Source: Marsupella aquatica | Taxonomy: Eukaryota > Plantae > Marchantiophyta | Reading direction: 5' to 3' | Assembly (NCBI GenBank): GCA_973895155.1 | Contig: OZ316891.1 | Coordinates: forward strand, 4,074,018 to 4,138,017 | DNA: 64,000 nucleotides | Shown: positions 52,301-64,000 of the stretch, piece by piece | Position numbering within the stretch: the first letter of the stretch is position 1 | How the letters are laid out: each line of letters starts with the position of its first letter | Program-made: the position numbers and the translations under genes | The notes under the pieces: generated by a model | The model's input: only the letters and a program-made list of their open reading frames with translations | Databases searched by the model: none | Told to the model about the DNA's origin: nothing

Positions 52301-55300
52301 GCACATCATTTTTAAGCCCTTCCTTGTTTCATCAAGGGTGGGCATTCCCAGGCAATGATTGGGAATTTGTCGTGCAGGACGAGAACACCGATGGGCCAGG
52401 GCAGCTAGGCAAGGGAAGGCAAGGCAAGGCACCCAGTGCTAGGTGGGCCCCGTGGGCAGATTCACACACATAAGGAGACACTTATGATAAGACTAGTAGG
52501 ACACCTAAAGTTGTGGTTTAGTGCCTCTCCATCCAATGAAAGCAAAGGTGATGGCCAATTTCATACACTAAAGTTAAAATGCCTTAGCCAAATTGTGTCT
52601 ACTAGGCCATAGATATTAAATGCAATAGCTTGAATAGTAGCTGCCACTTGTCCTTTATTTAGATCACCTCAAGACGAGGTCTAGGCTTTTGACAAAAAGA
52701 AATACACATCACCAAAATAAGGGACGTACAAGGGGCCCAATGACGTATGACTAGGTTGAGTAATGATTGTGCTTGATTGTGCCCTCAAGTTCATGGAAAA
52801 TGAACTGTGGCCTGCCACACATTTTTTCAGCAGAATGGTCAACCGGGGAACATTGACCACCAATCTTGTAACCTTTGACTTTGACCAATGTGGAGCAGAA
52901 AGCTTTCTGTGATCTGTGTTTCTGATTATTTGGTCGCAGAGGAGATTCGGGTTGAAACTTTAGAGTCGTTCAGTCTAGGCTTGGCATCTCGTTGATTGGG
53001 CCAGAACGATGCAAATGTGGTTCGATACTACAACGACTGGCCAGCCAGGGGAGATGCAAAATGTGACGGTCTACCCAGCCCCCTACGATCATTAATCGCA
53101 CTGTCCACCGGAGTTGAGCGAAAAGAACAATTGAACACTGCTCTCATTTGACTGAATGATTTAAACAATACAACAGTCTCAAAGTCGACGAACTCCTTGT
53201 ATTGCATAACAAACTTAGAATTTTCACTTTTGTTGGCTTGGAACAGAATGACAGTTTGAGAATCGAGATTATCGTTTGGGTTTCTGTTTCTCTTGGTAGG
53301 ACGAAATTTCTTGAGCTTCGAATTCTCCAGTCCTTCAATAATAACTTAGAGAAATAAGAACAATCTGGCATTATTCAAGCTTCGATTATCTCAGTAGATA
53401 TTCTTTGAAGTGCCACTTGATTCCAAGCACGTGCAGAATCTATGCAACGAAAATACACATGTGCATTCGCGATACTGCCACAATTTGCAATCCGCAATCA
53501 ACGGCATAAGTGTTTTTACTGTTCCGCATTATCTTACGCCCATACCACCATGCTCGACAAGATTGATCCACATCAACGCGGACACAGCTTGACAGCCAGA
53601 GATGATCATGCAATCACCTTACTGTCAGGCTGTAATATAATGCATTCATCTCGAGAAAACGACAAACTTAGACTCTCTGTGGCAGTACAGATCATTCTCC
53701 CCGTCAGCTGTGGAGAATAGCTACAGACAACCGCGAGGAGCGAAGGAACTAGTGCGTAGTGATCTTAGACCGCAGCACTTTATGTTATAAACAGACCAAT
53801 GGCAAAGTTTTGTACAGTGCTTGTTGGCCTTTTGGATCACTTGGGCATCGGGTTGGCTCTGGGGGAACTTACTGTGCTCCATGAATTACGTCAGCCGAAA
53901 CAAGGAAAGCGGCGCTTTTGTCCAAACCGAGTTCGGTAAAGACACCAGTTCGCCAAAACAATGTCCAGGCTCCAGAGTATTGCCACGGATCTTTCGGAAG
54001 GGGCACACAATTACAAAGAGTTTGATATTGAACCTCGATTTTAATTTGATGCGTCTACTGATATGTAAGGAATCTTTACTCCGTCAAACAAACATCTCTC
54101 GTGTTCTCAAATGGATGCTCACGAGCAGCTCTTACCTTCCCCTCTTCCCGAGTTCAAACCTGGCAGCCTCTCGGACGAGTCATGGATTTAGCAATTCTAT
54201 CTGTATGCCTCATTATCGTTAATCTACAAAATTCACTATGTAGGTCGGTGATTTTTGTGATTCGTCGCTTGGTCAAAAGCATGTGAAACAAAATTCCATG
54301 CAGCTGAGGTTGTCGTGTATATAAACCACAGCAGGATCCAGACTGGAAAACTGTGCAAGAGAATTATACATGCTACAGTCAAAGAAAGGAGTTCAAGGAC
54401 TCCCGGCAGTTTATCTCAATTTTGTAGGATCTGAGATCTTGGTGGTCCAGGAGTCGAGTTTCCCTTAGGAATCGGGGACGTCAGCGATGTGGGCCATTGT
54501 AATACAGGTGAGAAAGTGGCAAGTATTTGTTAATCGGTCCACTGCCATTTTTCCTGGGAATGGTCCAATGCCATGTTTGTAAGCCATGGGGTTGGACTAA
54601 AAAAAAAAAAACATTGTCCCAACTGCTTCCTGGAAAATCGTCGTGGTTTAGACTAAGGCACTACGTACACCCCTCACCTGCATGGGGGGACATACTGCAG
54701 AATAACCAGAAGTCGAGTCGTCGAATGAATCTTCCTGTACGTTCCATGTCTAGATTGCAGAATTAAATAGAACCAAAGTACTTACGAATGCTGTACGTAG
54801 CGATTCTTCTTTTTTCAGCAAAGCCAGATCATTTGCCGCATGTGTTTCCTTACTTTCCTTTGATATCAGTGTATCCTATGCCGATTTCAGCAGCTGCCGT
54901 CGGAGTTGGCACTGTTTGAATATATAACTCTCGTTACTTGAATCCTAGCAATTCAAGTTTAAAAATACATGAGGTATTTGCTGAATTCATTGCATGTAGG
55001 ATGACGGACGTGTGCCAGATATGATGAATGTATACAAACTTTGAAAAACAAGATTGCGTCAGACAGTTTTTTCCTTCGCGTCCTGTTAGTAGCACATTGT
55101 TTAGAAAGTTCATTGTAGCTCTGACCTTGATCTGTGCAGCGAATGGAGCTTACACATGAGAGTAAACCGTTGGCAGCCAACAGCCGTCGCCAAAAGTCTG
55201 CCGCTGAGTGCATTAGGCTGCCTTTATCAGAACGATATTTGAGTCCAGTAGGGACCTCTCAAGGAGAAAGTTGGGACCTGAAGAAAATCTTCCAAGCGGG

Positions 55301-56536
55301 CTATTTTATAGATATGACAGCACACTAATCTGGGAATTCTTTCGATCAGTGTCCCACATATTTTGTGCAGGTGTAGATCCAAGCTTTTGAAGGTTCAGTC
55401 GTGCCTTACTTTCATTTATCTCTGTCGTGATGAATCTGCTTTCAAAGGTGCACTTCTGAAACTGTGGGGGGAGCAGAAGCTTGGTCAGAGTTCAGTAACA
55501 GTTCTATAACGGATTTAGGCAATTGAATGTTGTCCTTGATGATATGCAGTGAACTTACAGGTCATAACATGGCGAATTGGTATTGAACGTATTCCTTTGA
55601 ATGACGACCCACAAAAGCAAGCACTGTTCCCCTGGCTGGTCCAATATGCACCGCACATAATTGTCAGAATTTGTTCCACAAGTGTACCACTTTAGGGTAG
55701 GGCCACTTTAGCTGGGTTCTGGCAAACTTGGTTTACGGCTGCTGGGAGAGTGTTGGTATAATCTTCGCCACAAATATTCACGGCTAGTCCTCTGCAGTCG
55801 CATTGCATCCCACGAGAGTAGAAGATACCTCAGTGTTTTGCAAGTGGATCTAGACTGTAGACGCGACCACTGCCCGAGAAGTTGATGAACCGCGGAGCTT
55901 AAACTCACTGTCGAAAGTCTCTTCAATGTAGTCACAACCATCAAGTGCGTAAGCTTCTCACGGGCAATCTTCTTCGTAAATCGTTTTGCTCAAGAGTACG
56001 TTGACGTTGGCCTTCCGCTGAGGTTCTTCGTACCACCATGAGATTTATTTCGTACGTATCAAAACCCCAGGCTATATATCAGCATTGGTCATGTGGAAAA
56101 ATTTGCTTATGTTACACTAGCACGGGTTGACGCGAAGCCCTGTCATGATTCTTGTGCGTTTGTATCTTGTGAAGCTCAGAAGTGCATTCACAATTACTGT
56201 CAGTGTACTCATAGTCAGACCCGGGTATTTTTCACCTTGAGGAATATTTGAAATTGAAACATATCGTGACAGGTACTACCTCGATCGACACACCAAGGCG
56301 CGATATCGTAGGGAACGACTTGAACGGCGCTTTGGATTGAACTTGTCTTCTCTACACGATTTTCCAACATTATAACAGAGGGCGGTTTCAACTGACTCTC
56401 TTTAGGAAGGACATCCAAAAATTGGAAGTCAAAAGAAAGTGCCGATCCAGATTCGAATTTGAATGTATGGACACACCAATCAAACTAGAGGCTCTCTTTG
56501 ATGAGCTGTTCCGTATTCAAATCATGAAGCAGGTAC

Positions 56537-56633
56537 GATTTCTATCCACATTCCAGCTTTTTAGCACTGTCAGGATTGAAAACGAATTTCTATCCACATT
56601 CCAGCTTTCTAGCACTGTCACGACTGAAAACGA
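56537..56633. repeat. 49-bp tandem duplication
   Basis: atttctatccacattccagcttt(t/c)tagcactgtca..a.tgaaaacga occurs twice. Confidence 0.85.
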
Positions 56634-56939
56634 ACGTCCCTTGTTCTTACGGGAACATAGCAACACATTTTCCATCTCTTTCAATGCTATAATCACTTCA
56701 TTGCGTCTGCCTAAGGTACTAACCTTGATGTGGGTGCCAAAGTTGGCCCCAATCAAGTAATCTCAGTTTCGAAAGAAACTAGTGGGATCGCAATGAGGCC
56801 AATCACGAGAATTCTACAATCAGGTAACATCATGAATTCTGCCACTTGTATATATATCTCTTAACATACTTACACTCTATTTGAGTAACCATGTGCTCAT
56901 GAATTTTGCCATTTGAATAAAAATGTGTTAATGAATTTT

Positions 56940-57495
56940 ATCATTTTATATCTATCTAATTTTTATAAATTTATATTTTATATTTAACCATATTTAGATT
57001 ATATTTAATAATTATTTAAATATATTTTATTTTGTTTATATTTATATTTATTTATTTATAATATTTTAGATATTTAAATTTTTAAATTTTTTTAGATAAT
57101 TAATTATATTATATTTAAATTATTATTTAAAAAAGTTTGTTTATAAAAGTTTTATTTAAAATTTAATTTTTTATATTGTTTATATTTTAAAATAAATTAG
57201 TAAATAATTTTCAATAATTGTAAATAATTTTTAATAATTAAATTTTATTACTAAAAAATTAACAACATTATATTATATATTAATAAATAAAAAATTTATT
57301 AAATATTTTAATGTTGTTAATTTTTTTAGTAATATATTTTAATATTTAAAATTATTGAATTTTATTTACTAATTTATAAAAATATAACAAAAATAAAAAT
57401 ATTTTATAAATAAAATTTTTGTAAATAAATTTTTGATTTTTCATCATTATTGATTTGATAATGAATAAAATATATTTTTTATATTTAAATAATCA
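56940..57495. repeat. Extremely AT-rich imperfect palindrome (foldback/MITE-like) centred at ~57290
   Basis: attactaaaaaattaacaacatta / taatgttgttaatttttttagtaat; ataaattagtaaataa / ttatttactaatttat; centre taataaat-aaaa-atttatta; outer arms attatttaaatata / tatatttaaataat. Confidence 0.8.
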
Positions 57496-60400
57496 CGACA
57501 AAGATTTTGTCTCAACAATCAATGATTGTGTCTATGGAGATTTGTGTTCTATGCGAATTCAATTCGAGGAGACCAGGTTGACTTAGCTAGGCAGACAAAT
57601 AAAAATTGATATTCCAAATGTACAGTCAAACACTTCAAACAACTCGCGCAAGTTTTGTGAGTATGCTTTGCCCTTCTGAACTCGAAACAGTTGTTTTCAG
57701 ATAACAGATAACCCTGGAAACACTTTAATAGCTTTGCTTATGACAAGGGAATAAACTTTTTGTGACAGGGGAATAAACTTTTTGAGGCTAAAAGGAATTC
57801 TTTAATAATCTTTAATATAATTGACAAACGAAAGTTGAGAGCTTTATGACCTGGCCACCTCGATTGAGGGGAGTAAAGTTGACTGCGATGATTTTCTGCA
57901 GAGGAGGTGACTTATCACCGCGGACCCGCGGAGGAGGAGGGGATTGAGGAAAGACTGAAAGAGGCGGTCTCGTTGCCATCCGGAGTAACGACGATGACGG
58001 ACGAGTCTGCAGCCGTTCAGTTTTTGGAGACGTTGAGTTATGACGTAAGGTAGCTGAGCGGAAAATGGCAGCTCAATATCAGAAGGCGGCTCGGCCATGC
58101 AACTTTGGCAGTTCGATGGCCTCGGAGTCTGGGACCGGCGGACCGCGCTCAGTCCGCTCACCGCCGGCTCACGAGAAGTCGAGAAGACCAGCAAGGGCTC
58201 AGAGCCATTATGTTGCAGTGCGGTGATGTTAATATGAATTGACACTTTACCATGCAAACAACAATGAAAGCCAATCGGTCCGAGTTCATCCACGCTGTAG
58301 GTCAGACAGTTGTACAGTCTGCATTAATTACATGAGAAAGATGTTAGGCCTTGTGCCCTTGTTCGCCAATGGATCGATCATTGGATAAGGCTTCATTTAA
58401 GTGGCGCGTGCCTTGTTGAAAGTAGAGGTTAATGTCTTGACGAGTGTTTTTGACTGGACCGTGATTCCAAAATGTATAATTGTAGACAACAGATTTTAGT
58501 TGTTTACTATATAACAATGATTAATGATATCAATTTGGACTATAAGATGCGTTGTAGTTTGGCGGCAGTTCGTACCTTTTTGGGTATGTTCGGTCTCAGA
58601 AATTCACTACAGTAAATTAGGAACTCAAGAGAATAAAGAGTGGCTTACGACTTTACGAGCGTCGATTGCGGGGGTAGCTCAGCCTCTAATATGTACAATA
58701 ATCGTGCCGAAATCAGTAAGAAGCGGAATAAACAGTGGCTGGTGATCGACGCTTGGATCTACGACCATCTTGCCAGGGCTGCTTCCTTTCCATCTAGATT
58801 TTATTTGCCTTGCTGAACGTCTACAGCTAGTCTTTGCCTGACAGATCGAAAGAGCTTTGCTACTATCAAACGGGTCGCATTTGACAGTATCATTTGTCAA
58901 CTCCTCAGCTGTTTATGGGTTACTTATGCGTTCTTTGCTCTTTCATGGGAGGCATTAGCTCACAGCAATCATCCAGAATATCTTTCGAGATATAAGGTTA
59001 CCTTCACACTACGTCTGACGCGGATGACAAGAAGCCATGAGCCAGGGTCGATTGTACTATGATGCAACGCAGACAATTATACATCTGCGAGAGAGAGGGA
59101 AGGTGGCGGCCACTGTAGGCGCCCTAATCCACTTCGTCAAGATCGCGTTGATAGATACAAAATTGCAATCTCAACACAATGTCGTTCTAATGAATGGACC
59201 ACAGCCCATGGAACTAGAGGATGTGAATGTCGATCCTGAGGTCTCGGTGTCCTCTTCGACTGTTCGTGACGGATACCAGTTGTCAAATTTTGCCTTTGTT
59301 TTACCTCCGTTCCATCCAACGCATGGGGAACTCGATATACGTTGACTATAATTAATCGCGACGATTGAGAGTAGACTGGGGAGTAGACAATAAAAACGAC
59401 AGGCACCTTTCTCTCCATTTCCCATCCAACTTGTTTTTCTCTACCAGTACTGAGACTGTGTACCGCGGTCGTTACACTCACAAACTCCCAGATAATTAGC
59501 TCTTGTGACGGTCTTCATGAGATTGTTGGAAATTGTCTCTCATTGAATCACCGGGTCAAGGTTCAGGAAGATGTCAAGGACGTAGATCGACAGCGAGGTT
59601 AGAAACGAACAATAAGATTTCTGTGAAATCAAAGATTCAAAGCTAAAGGATAGATGCCTGGTAGCTAGGACCTTTGTTCCATCTGCAAGGACTGCGTGGC
59701 GGAGAATACTCATTTCAAATTCACAATACAGTAAGTTTCTGTCCATCATGATGGGAATCCACAGAGCTTTTCAAATCTGATGCGGATTTGATTTTCTCTC
59801 ATTCTTTCATTGCTGTCGTGTCCAGTGGACAGCGTAGATGGGTCCACCTCATCAAGCAATCATAAATAAAATAAAAGCCTTCCTCATGGGGACAGACCTA
59901 AGGTAATATTTAACCAGTATTTTTAAAATTACCCAGATTCTTGATTACATTGTACGAGAGCCATCAGATTCAGGATATTGAGCCACATTCCTTATTACAT
60001 TGTTAGATCATCACCCTAAATGTAACCAGAGACATCAGATTGAGGAGGGTGTAAAAGATTGAAATTTAAGGATAGAGGATTCGGTCATAATTCCTTACAA
60101 GATCATGTAATTTTTTTTGGTTTTTTTCTTCTTCCGCCAACCTCTATAATGACTAATGGTAATGATATAAGACCAATTCTTTTGGGCCACTAAAAAAGAA
60201 GCTGAATAGAACCCTTCAAATAAGTAGTGTCGTTGTAATAAAGTTTTGTCTAGCTCCTCAAAGCGGCTCATAATGACCTTTAGTGACCCTCCTAATATGC
60301 ATTTTACTCAGGAGATCTACCAGGTTTCCGGGAAGCTCTCACAATTACTCTATTTAATAGTACTTTAGTTTTGTCTGCTTTCAGACTTGGGAACTCTTAG

Positions 60401-60789
60401 ACTTTTTGGTTTTATTGTATTTTTCTCTTGTTTTGGTTTTTCTCTAGTTTTCTCCCTTTTGTCGAGTCTTTTACCTTTGGATCAAGACTCTAAATTTTGG
60501 AACATTTGCAAGCTTTGGGAATCAACCACTATAATATTTAATTTAACCAAGAGTAGTCTCCCTGATTACAAGTTACTAACTGCTGAAGGGAATTCCTGGC
60601 AACCTTCATCTTTATTCTCTCAGTTTCTCAAGCCAAGAAATTATCTGAAAATAGGATAAACTCTAGACAAGCAAATGTACAGATATACCTATCCTCCAAA
60701 GTAAAGTGAATACAGTTTACATGAATATACATCAAGTATACATGTATAGCCTACCACTAGCACAATTAAATAGGAGTAAAAAATTAGCG

Positions 60790-61145
60790 GAAAAAGAAGT
60801 GAAAAGCATACCCAAGTTCTAATAATGACTCATGTGCATGGGATGACATATACTCCACAACATCTTCAAGTTCTAATAAAGACTCATGTGCATGGATGAT
60901 AGGGATAGCATATGTTCCACAACATCCTTTTCTCCTCAAACACGTTTTACAAGAAAAATATTTTTTGTGAAACAACATCTTCTCACCAAATGACATCTCC
61001 TATACATAGCAACGGCTTTTTTGCAATGTCACCTTTTTTTCCATATCCCACATACGGCAAATGTCATATTTTGAACCACAGTTTTCCACATTGGCAACTT
61101 TTCTGCAAAGACATCTTTGTGCAACACAATTAGGTATTGCGCTAG
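60790..61145 (+). mobile_element. Short Helitron-like element of the same family as 48120-49303
   Basis: Ends gacatctttgtgcaacacaattaggtattgcgCTAG|T (61142-61145); internal sequence resembles 48270-48340. Confidence 0.6.
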
Positions 61146-61369
61146 TGTTATATAATTATCAGCCTTAACATGTTTCATAAGTGTTTGTCTTTGCTAAGTC
61201 GGCTTGTTAGCTGTCCTTTGTTCCTAAAAATCAGGGTTTTCATGACCTGAGACTTCGTGCCTGTTGGGCTGCTTGTATTCTAGGGCAGGGGTTTCCCATC
61301 ATTTTAAATGCGCCCTAACTAGGGAACCATAATCTATTAATTTTGATGTGTATGTTGCCACATATACAT

Positions 61370-61930
61370 TCTATGCAGATCTCTAGCATCCAAATATTTT
61401 GTCTGATCACATGTCCTGTATAGTCAAACCTACGCTTGTAGCCCTGTGACCATCTGATCCAAATATTATGCTGATGTTTGCCTCATAGGCTATGTACTAA
61501 CTCTAGCATCCAAATATTTTGTCTGATCACCTTATGGTCAACCCTAAGCTCGTAGCCCCTCGTTAGCGTCTGATCCAAACATTATGATAGAGTTTATTTA
61601 TGTTTTGCCAGGTTTGCTATGGAGTAACTTTAGCATCCAACTATTTGTCTGATTGCATATCGTCTATGGTCAAACCTGAGCTTGTAGTCCTTGTGAGCGT
61701 CTCATCCAAATGTTATGAAGATCTGTATGTTGCCAGGTACGCTATGGAGTAACTTTAGCATCCAAATTTTTGTCGCTTGTAGAACCTTCAATATTATGCA
61801 GATGTTTGGGTTGCCAGGTAGGTAGCTACGGACACTCTATAGATCCAAATATTTTGTCTGACTGCATATGATTTATAGTCAAACGTAAGCTTGTAGCCCC
61901 TTGCGAATGTCTCATCCAAGCACTATATGT
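61370..61930. repeat. Diverged ~120-126-bp tandem repeat, about 4.5 copies
   Basis: ct(c/t)tagcatccaaatattttgtctga...gtcaaacct.agcttgtagccc...tct.atccaaa.attatg at ~61381, 61501, 61627, 61753 (short) and 61835. Confidence 0.85.
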
Positions 61931-64000
61931 TATCACATCACTGTATATGATATTTTAGTCCAGAAAATGAAGAAAAATAAAATGATCCTTTGTTTCCTTT
62001 AGTCACTTGGTATTTGGGGTAACATCCAACTGCGGCGGGCTGGTATTGACAACTATTTTGTAACTCAGATGCAGTAAAATATATTGCACCTGTGACTGGA
62101 CAAAATACTTCCACAAAGCCTGCACAAAGGCAGTGCAATATGTAGGGCAAGGGAAGGGGTGTGTACACAATACATATGACAGCCAAGCCTGGGAAAAATT
62201 GTTTGGGCAGCCAAAAAAATGGCAGTCAATTGGTGGTTTGAACTGGGAGTTCAAAAATGAACCTAAGTTCCCTTCACTGATTAAGTCCTTAAGTCCTGCT
62301 AGTGAATGTAGCAATGACATATCCACCTTAGCCAAGTATTTGACTACAGTTAAACTAAGTACAGCTACATAGTAACACTAGACCCACTAGTAAATGGCCA
62401 ACAAATACTCAGTCACTCTCCACCCATTGCATACCTCAGGTCCATCGCACATGCTAAAGTTAAATTACTTGAGCTAACATGTGTCAACTTGGGATAAAAT
62501 AAATGCAAGATCCTCAATATAAATCTAATAGACCAAGAGATGGTGCCACATCAGCAAAACGACGGACCCACCACGAGGTGACTAGAATAGGTCATTGTGT
62601 CCCAAAGTTCCTGAAAAGTAAATTGGCCTGTTAGCAGATTTGTATGGCTCGGATTTGATATAAAACCCAGGGAGCTGCAAAGAGCTGACCTGCCTCCCAC
62701 TTCTTGTAATGTTCCCCTTATTTGTGCTCACATTTTGGCAAGGAGAAATGAAAATAATATTTGTCTTAATATAGGCCGAGGTATTGTATCAAGCAAACAG
62801 GAATTTTAATACTTAGCTAGGAGAGTCACTACTGGTTATACATTTCTTTTGTGCCTTTTCTAATTTTGGTGTTTTTTGAGACCCCAAATGGCTAGCTAGC
62901 CAAAACAGCAGTCCCCAAAATGGATGGTACCAACCAGGTTCTTCTTAGGGAAGCATTTGGATACAGAAAAATAGTTGTAAAGTGAGTAAAAACATTGCTC
63001 ATGCTAGTATTTTTGAATTTTTTTAGTGTTTCCTCTCACCTACGATATCTGACTAGTCCTTCAAAGTAGCGGAGGGATAGTAGGGCCAGTCAACTTGTAT
63101 AGGAAGCGCAGAGCCCCGTTGTCTGGTTATTCGGCACACGGTGATCCCCAAATCCCCAAAACCCGGTGTGGTCAGCACACGCCACACTAAAAGTATCAAG
63201 AAGACACTGTTTCTCGAAAGTAGGTTGCTGAGTGACGAGATATGCTACAATGATGTGGGAAGAGGGAAATGAGCGATTGTGAGTAAAGTCTAGAACAGCA
63301 AGCCATCTGGAACAACAAGGAGTGTTGAACGACCGGAATGGGGTCCCCCGTCTCTCAATCTGCTTCGAATCCCATTTGATGCTAATAGATGAACCGTGCC
63401 CAAAAAGAATCGTGCCCTCGCCCACTATGTGACAGTCAATTATGTAGCTGCAACAGTGGCGATATCGATTCAAAGAAACGAGTGTGAGCTCTCAAGAAAT
63501 GAAAGAAGGGAAAGGCCCGAGAAGTCGATCCAAAACGGAAGTGGGACACTAGCTAGAGAAATGCAAGCTTGCGAAGCAACGCGTGTTCTGTATCATCTGT
63601 GAGGGTCTTTCAAATTCGGCTGTCTTCCCAATTGCGGGCAAGTCTGCAAAACTCTATTCATGGAGGGCATAGTTGACACGCTCCGACTTGTCCCGTAGTT
63701 AAGTAGTTTCCTATACTGACTCTACGGTACGTCGCAGAGCTGACACCCAAATTTGAGCTCGCACCTGATCATTCATCTGTTACAGCAGTTATGGCCTACA
63801 CTCACTCTCCCTAACGGAACGGGGGGCCCCCCACACGACTCGCCATCTGCCTCATGCGCGTGGGAACAATCTTTCTAATGCGTGAGTTAATACTGTAGAG
63901 GGGATTCTTTAATGTATGCACAGACTGCTCAAATTACTCGTGTTCCACGAGCCCAGATATAAGTGTATGAGCCATATAAGCTCGAACGTCCGAGTAAGCT

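Larger units (their letters stand above)
44290..55650 (-). pseudogene. Highly decayed RNA-dependent RNA polymerase, RDR3/4/5 (gamma)-like, split by ~8 kb of repeats
   Basis: Colinear motif remnants read across frameshifts: NMWDTDRK..CCHIYK (~55360-55305; cf. DWDSGKTHxYHCHV), LLERSLLDSNIVLIK, IATYSIR|gt (~54790; cf. KYMAR), IADVPDS*GK (~54480), RHTDRIAKS (~54200; cf. IHTDGTGFIS), GLQIVAVS (~53480), SNHICIVL (~53010; cf. DEVCVIL), then LSPC...RIKA (~44920), HPIADQ...WV...QFK (~44800-44730) and VLG...LADFWL (~44400). By-eye only; no intact DxDGD. Confidence 0.5.
56038..59790 (+). pseudogene. Highly decayed RNA-dependent RNA polymerase, RDR1/2/6 (alpha)-like, N-terminal half
   Basis: Colinear remnants: RRM-like start (..RSAFTITV), EEYLK..RDIV..IKLEALFDELFRIQI ending at a GT donor at 56533; ENKEWLTT (~58635); QIERALLLSNG; LYYDA; ALIHFVKI; PEVSVSSSTVRDGY..NFAFV (~59235-59300; cf. 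PEVNVSNRVLRHY..NFLRV); TCFS..STETV (~59430; cf. GQCFSSS.ET); KLPD; SCDGL (cf. FSDGIG); RAFQI*CG (~59765; cf. SAFQIRYGG). By-eye only. Confidence 0.6.

Noticed and set aside
61938-63602. Short ORFs near the right end
   Set aside because: No recognisable domains; no continuation of the RDR relic detected.

Overview
Eukaryotic land-plant nuclear DNA, inferred to be a non-seed plant (possibly a liverwort), with GT-AG introns and many repeats. Intact-looking genes: the 5' end of a P4-ATPase/ALA lipid flippase (- strand, 1-855, absent from the ORF track); an 11-exon ABCC/MRP transporter of 1291 aa that appears to lack TMD0 (- strand, 5732-13800); a 3-exon Euonymus (EUL) lectin; and an intron-containing class II small heat-shock protein with an upstream HSE array. 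Mobile DNA: a full-length but inactivated Ty1/copia element with near-identical LTRs, non-autonomous Helitron-like elements, a GC-core dispersed repeat, an AT-rich foldback and many local tandem duplications. Hand translation across frameshifts also shows decayed relics that the ORF track does not reveal. These are an F-box/kelch pseudogene and two back-to-back RNA-dependent RNA polymerase relics. One is RDR1/2/6-like on + (~56.0-59.8 kb); the other is RDR3/4/5-like on - (~44.3-56 kb, possibly to 58.1 kb) and is split by about 8 kb of repeats. The relic assignments rest on by-eye motif matching from memory and need profile searches. I see no strong evidence of an intact, wholly new biological system.
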